Position numbers and translations under genes: made by a program. The notes under the pieces were generated by a model, which saw nothing but the letters and a program-made list of their open reading frames with translations, did not search any database and was not told the origin of the DNA. Shown piece by piece: positions 55,719 through 64,000 of a DNA stretch of 64,000 bases. Position 1 is the stretch's first letter. The number at the start of each line of letters is the position of its first letter. The stretch comes from Octopus vulgaris (lineage: Eukaryota): assembly GCA_951406725.2 (NCBI GenBank), contig OX597830.1, positions 46,872,001 through 46,936,000 on the forward strand, written 5' to 3'.

Positions 55719-55872
55719 GATTACAGCCGTTTCGCAGCCTTCATCTTGTAATAATAATTCCACTGTATAATAATTTATTTTCTTTGTGTGCACCAATATG
55801 CATGTCACGAACTGTACAAACGATTGCATATTTACAATTCAATGCAGTCACAGAAGGCTAGCTCATCAGATC
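55719..55872 (-). ncRNA. Type I hammerhead ribozyme candidate with intact core and 110-nt loop 2
   Basis: GAT-CTGATGA-GC(T)AGCCTTC-[110 nt]-GAAGGCTGC-GAAA-CGGCTG-TA-ATC. Helix I is 3 bp, helix II is 9 bp with one bulge, helix III (ACGGCTGT) is near-palindromic, and the cleavage triplet is GUA. Confidence 0.65.
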
Positions 55873-56114
55873 AGCAGAAGACCATAGTTGCATCAACGAT
55901 TCAACTAAAGATATTCACCTCTCATACCTCCTGACGTCTTTGGTTTTATCCCCATCGATCGGATCTCCTGGATTTCAGTTGCATAGAACTCTGCGCTTTG
56001 CTCCTCTGTATTGGACTGTGCGATCTGATAGTCAGGTACATCTCGAGGAGATTTCTGTGATAATCACGATTCTATGAATCCATATACTGTACTGAAAAAA
56101 TATATGTATGTAAA

Positions 56115-56201
<87 letters not shown>

Positions 56202-56466
56202 GCGTGCGAGCATAAGAGTAGGGGAACAGACCAAAGAAAATAGTACTCGACATATGAAGTTAAAGTTCGATGTATTTAAAATCAGGATCTGACAGCTCCA
56301 CACTTATTAGTTTCGTAGGAATAGACACGTGACTGAGGTTGTGGACTTTTATCTTTGCCGTCGAAACTTTAAGTAATGTAGAGTTGTATAAACCCGTTAT
56401 TAAACACACATATTTGCATACATACATACATACAAACATACATACATACATACATACATACATACA

Positions 56467-56500
<34 letters not shown>

Positions 56501-57486
56501 CATACATACATAACTACCTACATAGACATACAAACATACATGCTCGAATACATACTTCATACATGCCTTCACAAACATACACACACATATACACATACAT
56601 ACATACATACATACATACATACATGCATACATACATACATACATACATACATACATACATAGTGATGTGTGTGGGTGTATTTACATACTGAGTTCTCTTT
56701 TATAGAAATATTTTTAGTCGTATAGACAATGTGTATAAGGTTTTCCTCGGAGTGATATCACTTTAGAGTGTAGATTTAAATGGTGAAAACCATGGACATT
56801 TTAAGATCTTTACAAAACAGACAAGAATAGAATTCGTTTGCAGCATCTCGCCATTGTTATTGTATCTAGGTTTCATAGTGTTCAACCATTAAATACATCC
56901 GAGAGATAACACTAGTGACATAGATATATGTAAAGAAAATAGAATAGAATGTTTTAAGTGTATAAGACTGGCTTTAGTAGCTCACAGAGGCTCTGTTTGT
57001 TCATAATGTCTATAGGATTAAAAGTCTGCTTCTATCTACGCCATTTCTTGTGTTTAGAGACAGAAATCTCAATTCCTCAACAAAGATTATTGAATAGAAT
57101 AGCATCTTGGTGAATAATGTCCATAGTACAATATTATTACGATATTATTACGTGCAAATAAACTCAGAGACGAACAAACAAACGAGGAAGCGAGTAGACA
57201 TTACACGAGAACAAATACATACATGTAGCGTGACTAAATATTACAATGGGAGACTTAGTCACATTTCTTTACATTCTAAGTTCAAATCTCGCCTTGCTCG
57301 TTATTTTGTCTTCGTGTCAACATTAATGGCAGTTGTCTTAGGAAAGCATTGCATCAGCCTGGTGCCGTAGTGGTGTCTCGCTAATGGCTGAAGCCAGTCA
57401 AGCCATAAAGAAATACACATATAATCACCCATCTTCCTTCTCCGCTTGTGTGTGTGTATCTCTCTCTTTCCCTAACTTCTCCCTAA

Positions 57487-57535
<49 letters not shown>

Positions 57536-57842
57536 GTCGTAATGTTGTTATGTGTGTTGAGTTCGATTTTTGTACTGGACGGTGAGCACGGGCGCCAAGT
57601 CTTGGATAGATTTTAAAATTGATGCCAACGCCATTTGTGCAATATTGATGGAATCTTTTTCGCATCGCACTGTAGCGCTCCAGGCGGCATTGGCGAGACG
57701 TTCAATTATGACCGATAGTAAAGAAAACCGAGAATGAACGAACGTCTTTCACGATTCTCTTTCGTCATTCAAAGACAACAGGAATTTTGAGGATTTGAAT
57801 AAAAAGTAACAAAGACATAAATAGGGTTCTTGAATTTATTCT

Positions 57843-58249
57843 TTTATTAGTTTCAGTCAGTTGATTGAGGCCATGCTGGAGCACCGCCTTTACTCGAGCA
57901 AATCGACCCCACGACTTATTCTTTGTAAGCCTAGTACTTATTCTATCGGTCTCTTTTGCCGAACCGCTAAGTTACGGGGACGTAAACACACCGAAATCGG
58001 TTGTCAAGCGATTGTAGTGGGGGGGGGGACAAACGCAGACACAGAAACACTCACACTAACACACGCACATATATATACATATATACGACGGGCTTCTTTC
58101 AGTTTCCATCTATCAAATCCACCCGCATGGCTTTGGTCGGCTCGAGGCTAAAATAGAAGACATTTGTCCAAGGTGCCACGCAGTGGGACTGAACTCTGAA
58201 CCATGTGGTTGGTAAGGAAGCTACTTACCACACAGCCACTCTTGCGCCT
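57843..58249 (-). mobile_element. SINE family A, full length
   Basis: Close match by eye to 2623-3064. Confidence 0.9.
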
Positions 58250-58282
58250 ATTCTTTAATTTATTCAGCGTAAAGTGTATAGG

Positions 58283-58367
<85 letters not shown>

Positions 58368-58378
58368 ATACCTGTCTG

Positions 58379-58448
<70 letters not shown>

Positions 58449-58494
58449 AATCTATCAATCTATCAATCTATCAATCAATCTATCTATCTATCTA

Positions 58495-58566
<72 letters not shown>

Positions 58567-59381
58567 GATAGCTTGATAGATTGATACATAGGTAAATAGA
58601 TAGACACATTAGATAGATAGATAGACAGAAGGGTTTGAAAGATGAGTGTGTCTATCTCTGCTCATCTATTATAAGTCGATGACTGTTAGTTGCTTCTGTC
58701 GGCATGTTTATCTGAACGTGTTTCTCATAAACTGCAAGGCCTGGCTGACGCTAACACATTAGTTATAAGATAGTATTTACAACGTTGGGTTCGGCGATAA
58801 TAAAGTTCCTTGTTGATCGCTAATCATACTTGTTAAATAACTAAAAAGAATTCATAGAATCCCCCACATTAAAGGTGTGATATTTCGGCTACCGCGCCTT
58901 TGTTTGATAGGATATTATTACGACGTTTCTTGTTGGTTAGCTGAATCCGGCACACCGTACCACGGCTTTGCACAACATAGCACAACCCTGAACGCCTCCA
59001 ACACACCTTAGTCACACTTCCTTCTGCCAGTAGTTTATTAGTGTACAGCACTCAGACAGCTGTTTCACAACCTCATTACATTTCTTAGAACCAACCAATC
59101 CAAGGAATACAAAAGACAACTCAGTGCAAAAGGCGATTTCCTAATATTTATTTATAGCCGTAATCTCCTCCTCCCCCGCCTCGTCTTCTTCTTCTTCTTC
59201 TTCTTCTTCTTCTTCTTCTTCTTCTTCTTCTTCTTCTTCTTCTTCTTCTTCTTCTTCTTCTTCTTCTTCTTCTTCTTCTTCTTCTTTCTCTTACTTTAAA
59301 CCACCAAGGTCAACGGCTCCATTTACCTGTTAATAATATTTAAAAAGTAAACTAGGAAATTTTCCGGAAGACCAGCGATTA

Positions 59382-59788
59382 AAACAGCCTGATAGCTTTT
59401 AAATACTTTATTCGAATCAGATTAAATTTCCGTTGACCATTTTGCACAGGTCACCATCATTCTTATAAACAATATAATAGAATTCTGGCTTGCTAGGCCA
59501 AACGATTGGATAAAAGATCTATTCCATCACCCAATTTAATACCACTAGCTGGTTCTGAAGTATTCTGAGCGGACTCCATTTTGTTAAAAGAATTCCTATG
59601 GCAGCAACCAATGTATAGAAATATTTTTCTTGATTTTCTCGCATGGAGTTGAATTTCTTTCCCGGACCAAGCCGTAAAAATGAAAGAAGCAAAAACACTG
59701 TCCACAAATTTCCCTGTTCATTGAGTCAAATCGTCAACGGAGATTTAACCTGATTCGAATAAAACATTTACAAGCTATCAGGCTGTTT
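59382..59788. mobile_element. MITE-like element with ~61-bp inverted repeats
   Basis: 59382-59442 matches the reverse complement of 59728-59788 at about 55/61 positions. No clear TSD. Confidence 0.75.
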
Positions 59789-59789
59789 C

Positions 59790-60215
59790 TGTATGTTGCA
59801 CTGAATGGATGTGACAGCCGGACCTAAACAATAGACACTGCTAAACTCAAGACATTTGAATCACAATACTACAAAAGAAGCAAGAATTAGTTGGACTGAC
59901 CATCAAACGAATCAGCACTTGAGGAAATGGGAATAGAAAGAGTTTTGGCAGCTGATAGAAAGAAAAAAAAAGAACAACAGTTATTTGGAGCATATCAACA
60001 GGATGAGAACTTCAGTATTCACATTGTAGAGGAAAATGTCAATCGGAAACGAAGGCAGAAGAACCGGACAAGAAGAAGGTGGGACGACATCAAAGAATGG
60101 ACTGGAGAGCCTCTAGCCGAATGCACAATCATGGTGAGAACCAGGAATCAATGGAGAGAGATGGCGCATGCGTCTATGGTCCCTGACCCTAAGCAAAGAA
60201 GATGAGAAGAGACAT
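59790..60215 (+). mobile_element. RTE-clade LINE 3' fragment
   Basis: SWTDHQTN, QQLFG, IVEENVNRKRR..RRRWDDIKEWTG..RNQWREM. Confidence 0.75.
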
Positions 60216-60461
60216 GGCAAGACAAGCATTAGGTGCAGATCCCTGGTCTGTCTCAGTTGAAATGTTTGGTGTTGCTGGCATTGATCTGTAAATAGTCATA
60301 GCGAGTGTCAGGCGTATCACCAGGGCCTGGTAAGGCCTCCAGGCATCGTGATTACAGCTCCTTTTCAGCCTAATGTGTAAAGAAAATAATACAACGATAT
60401 ACAGACTAATACAGACTAGACATACTAATTTATAGTTATTTGTAGAATGACTACGTTATTG

Positions 60462-60700
60462 CTGGATGGTCATGCCTGGAAAAGTTTGATCGTACGGTTG
60501 ACCTGGGGCTTAATAATAGCAGTAAAAATAATACAGAGGCTTGTAGACCTTCTAGAAGTGACTGTCAAATCTGTTCAAATCACAGTTAACTCTTTTCAAA
60601 GTGGGAAAACATTGGATGGTGTAGATTTAGGTATAAAAAATCTGAAAAAAAAACGAGATGGCTATGGTTGGAAAACCTTTGTTCATGTTTGCTCTTTTCC
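60462..60700 (+). mobile_element. Family D repeat (tail of one copy followed by a second copy)
   Basis: GGATGGTCATGCCTGGAA..TGACCTGGGGCT tail, then CTAGAAGTGACTGTCAAATCTG..CAAATCAC. Confidence 0.55.
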
Positions 60701-61914
60701 CTATATACAGAGAACCCAGAATCACATTATTCAATTTCTCACGTCGTTAAGGGTGTGATAAGGGCGCGAGAGAGAATTGTCGGCTATTTCTGGCAGATTG
60801 AGTGATGACGTAACAGCATCCTCACTGGTTTTCCCTTGTCATTTTTGCCTGCCAAAATTTACAGTTTGTTGCTAATTTTTAGCATCACAGTGAGAAAACG
60901 ATAAGCTGAATCTAAGGGAAAAATCTTTAAGTAAAATCCAGCCAATCACATCTCATCGTATCAAGTTATACTAAGCCGTCAGACGTTATTAAAAGTGTGA
61001 TGTATTTTTGTTCTGAATTTACAATGAAAAAATATTTTCTGCTTCTTAATAAACAATAAAACTTACTGGTCTGCACTACAAGGAGACTTCACATATATTT
61101 GTTTTGTTTCGTTTTAATGTAAAGAATAGACTGAAGAACTTGTAAGTTATTTGGAGAAATACGAGTAATCAAACTTTTAGATTGGAACATAATTCCTCGT
61201 TTATTTTCTCTTTTTGTTTGTTTGTTGTGAAGCTTTTATTATAAATTATTTTATCAAACACAGTAAATTGTAAAACAAACAATAAATGTCTTGGAAAAGA
61301 TGTAAATACATATTTTGTAATAATATCTAAGCCTAAGAAGGCCTCACTGTACTCTAACGTCGAACACAGTCAAATAAGAGCTGAGAGATTTGTCATAAGT
61401 ATCATGTTTCTTAGGTAAAATGTAATTGTTTTCTTTTTGGCACCAGACTCTGCTATCCTTAGAAAATGAATCAAATATTTTTATTTGATTTAGAGAAAGA
61501 AAAAAAATCGATTACAAGATTCAAATAATGTCTTATAGTAGCGTTTATGTTTATGGCTGTGGTCACTGACAGTTCGGCTATATATCGTTGTTGTAGTATA
61601 GCATCAGACTTGTTTTGTCTGAACAAACTTATGATCCGCGTTTTCCAACCATGGCTCTCAAGTTTTATTTTTATATCATAGATTACATGGTCGAATGTAT
61701 CCTACTTTTACTGTGACGATAACACAGAATTTGATGTATATATAGCTGCTATATTTAGCACGTCAAACAATCAGGCTTCATTTACTCGCCAAACTCTGGT
61801 AGATTCTGGCTTCTACTGTAAATTGTCTGCGGTATCGGATAGAAATACCACGTGCCTTCCCAAGAATAACAACAACAACAACAATAACAGCTACAACAAT
61901 GATAATAATAATAT

Positions 61915-63678
61915 CAAAATGATCCCCTTGAGTGAAATACTACAGAAAACAAAGTCGGTGTATGATCTGGGAAGAGGTAAGAGAAGACTAAACCATTTAC
62001 TATACATGGGCAACCTGAAGCTCTTCTCAAAAACTGAGGCAGAATTGGACAGCCTAGTCCAGTCTGTATGGATTTTCTCCAATTATAGAGTTTGGTGCTA
62101 CGATGGTGATGAGACGAGGAAACCTTTTCAGAACAGAAAGCATATGGTTGCCAAGTGATGAAATGATGAAAGCAATTCAACCTCAGTTCAGCTATAAATA
62201 CCTGGGAATACTTGAGGCAGATGGAATCAAACACAATGATATGAAGGAAAAGACAAAAAGAGAATACTTGTAGCAAGTAAGAAAAATATTGACTTCAAAG
62301 CTAAATGACAGGAACATAATTTCGGCAATAAACCTGCGCGCAGTCCCAGTAGTTCGGTATGGCACTGGAATCCTGAAGTGGACAGAGGAAGAACTAAAGG
62401 AGATGGACAGGAAGGCACGAAAGCATCTAACGATGCATAGAGCCCATCACCCATGTGCGGACACCGATCACCTATATATTAAGAGGGCAAATGGAAGAAG
62501 GGGACTGATAAGTGTGGAAGACTACTTGCGTATCAAACTCGAGAGCTTAATGAGATACCTAACCCAAACTAAGAGCCGCCAACAGAAAGTCATTCACTTG
62601 TTATTCATGGACAGTAGACGAACTAAACAGCTTAGACAGAAAAACAAGGAAGTTGCTGACTAGGTATGGGATACTCCACTCAAAAAGTGACACAGAGAGA
62701 CAGTATGTACCACGAAAAAGAGGGGGAAGAGGACTTATTGGATGCGAAAACAGTATTAGAGCAGAAGAAAACAACATAGCATGGTATGTAAAATATTCCC
62801 AAAGAACCGCTATTATTGGACATAAGAAAGTCAGGCTTGAATAGGATAGAAGATTGCAAAAATGAAGCACCGTACAAGCACTTGAGAATGAATGAAACTG
62901 AAAATAGGTGGATAGAGAAAAGAATGCATGGACAATTTTATAGAGATGTTGAAGATAAGACAGACAGAGAAAAAAGATGGCTATAGTAATTTAAAACCGG
63001 AAACGGATGCTCTAATCTGTGCTGCCCAAGAGCAAGCATTATGAACCAATTACATCAAATACAGAATAGACAGAACATCAGAAAGTGATAAGTTCAGAAT
63101 TTATGGACAAAACGGTGAAACCGTATGGCATATTACCAGCCAATGAATGCCACTAGCCCAGAAGGAATATAAGAGACGTCATGACAACATAGCAAGGATT
63201 GTCCATTGGACACTTTGCAACAAGTATGGACTTAACAGAGCAAAAAAGTGGTACGAACATAAACCCGAAGGCATCATCGAAAATGATAATGCAAAGATCC
63301 TATGGGATTTTATGATTCGGTGCGACCATGAGATAGAGAATAGGAAACCAGACATAGTGATAATTGAGAAAGAAAGCAAACGACACTGGATCATAGATAT
63401 AGCATATCCAGCTGACAAGGTATGCGATAAGGAAGAAAGAAAAGGCGAGAGATATGACAGGTTAGCTTGGGAGGTTAAGCAATTGTGGTCACTGAAAAAG
63501 GTGGTAGTAGGGGCTGCAATAAGGGTGGAGCACTTGTAGAAAGCAGCATTGCTTGGAATCACTCGAATACTCCGGAGGGTGCTCGAAAAATAAGGGATGT
63601 CACCTTAGTTCACTGGTAGTGAACGGTTGACACCGTAGTACATCTCCAGCGTTAGAAACTGTGCAAAGAGAATAAAAT

Positions 63679-63680
<2 letters not shown>
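61915..63680 (+). mobile_element. R4/Dong-clade non-LTR retrotransposon, 5'-truncated, decayed, composite
   Basis: RT motifs MIPLS, NHLLYMGNLKLF (YMDD remnant) and YKYLGI; AAQEQAL; RHDNIARIVHW; KILWDF; RKPDIVII..IIDIA (RLE); KAALLG. Flanked by (AAC/AAT)n on both sides. Confidence 0.92.
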
Positions 63681-63728
<48 letters not shown>

Positions 63729-63747
63729 CAACAACAACAACAACAAC

Positions 63748-63812
<65 letters not shown>

Positions 63813-63888
63813 CAACAATAATAATAATAATAATAACAATAACAATAACAACAATAACAACAATAATAATAATAATAATAACAACAAC

Positions 63889-63920
<32 letters not shown>

Positions 63921-63999
63921 TAACAATAACAACAATAATAATAATAATAATAACAACAACAACAACAACAACAACAACAATAATAATAATAATAACAAT
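63681..63999. repeat. (AAT/AAC)n microsatellite
   Basis: Directly visible to the end of the window. Confidence 0.97.
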
Positions 64000-64000
64000 A

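Noticed and set aside
59052-59130. GAAACAGCTGTC hammerhead 3' half on the minus strand
   Set aside because: The palindromic helix III is present, but no intact CUGANGA or helix II partner was found.

Overview
Eukaryotic, AT-rich, very microsatellite-dense genomic DNA. The tRNA-headed SINE families and repeat landscape strongly suggest an octopus (cephalopod) genome; this is an inference, as no search was run. Nearly all ORFs in the supplied track are translations of (CA)n, (TA)n, (CTAT)n, (CATA)n or triplet repeats. Only one host coding segment is supportable: a ~1-kb minus-strand exon (about 9773-10783) encoding an acidic, low-complexity region followed by one transmembrane helix and a GTAAGT donor. 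The rest is intron or intergenic DNA. It holds many SINE copies of at least three families and decayed non-LTR retrotransposons (RTE, R4/Dong, HERO-like, Tx1-like). It also holds piggyBac, mariner and Helitron remnants, foldback/MITE elements and Penelope-like terminal fragments. The three most interesting signals are: (1) a type I hammerhead ribozyme fold with an intact core and a 110-nt loop 2 at 55719-55872 (-), plus several degenerate hammerhead-like motifs; (2) SINE multimers at four independent loci that share one tail-to-internal junction (GAAATA-GG-TATTTC) and a 184-bp unit; (3) a chimeric Dong/R4 element embedded in (TAA)n. Most repeat boundaries are approximate (about +/-10-20 nt).
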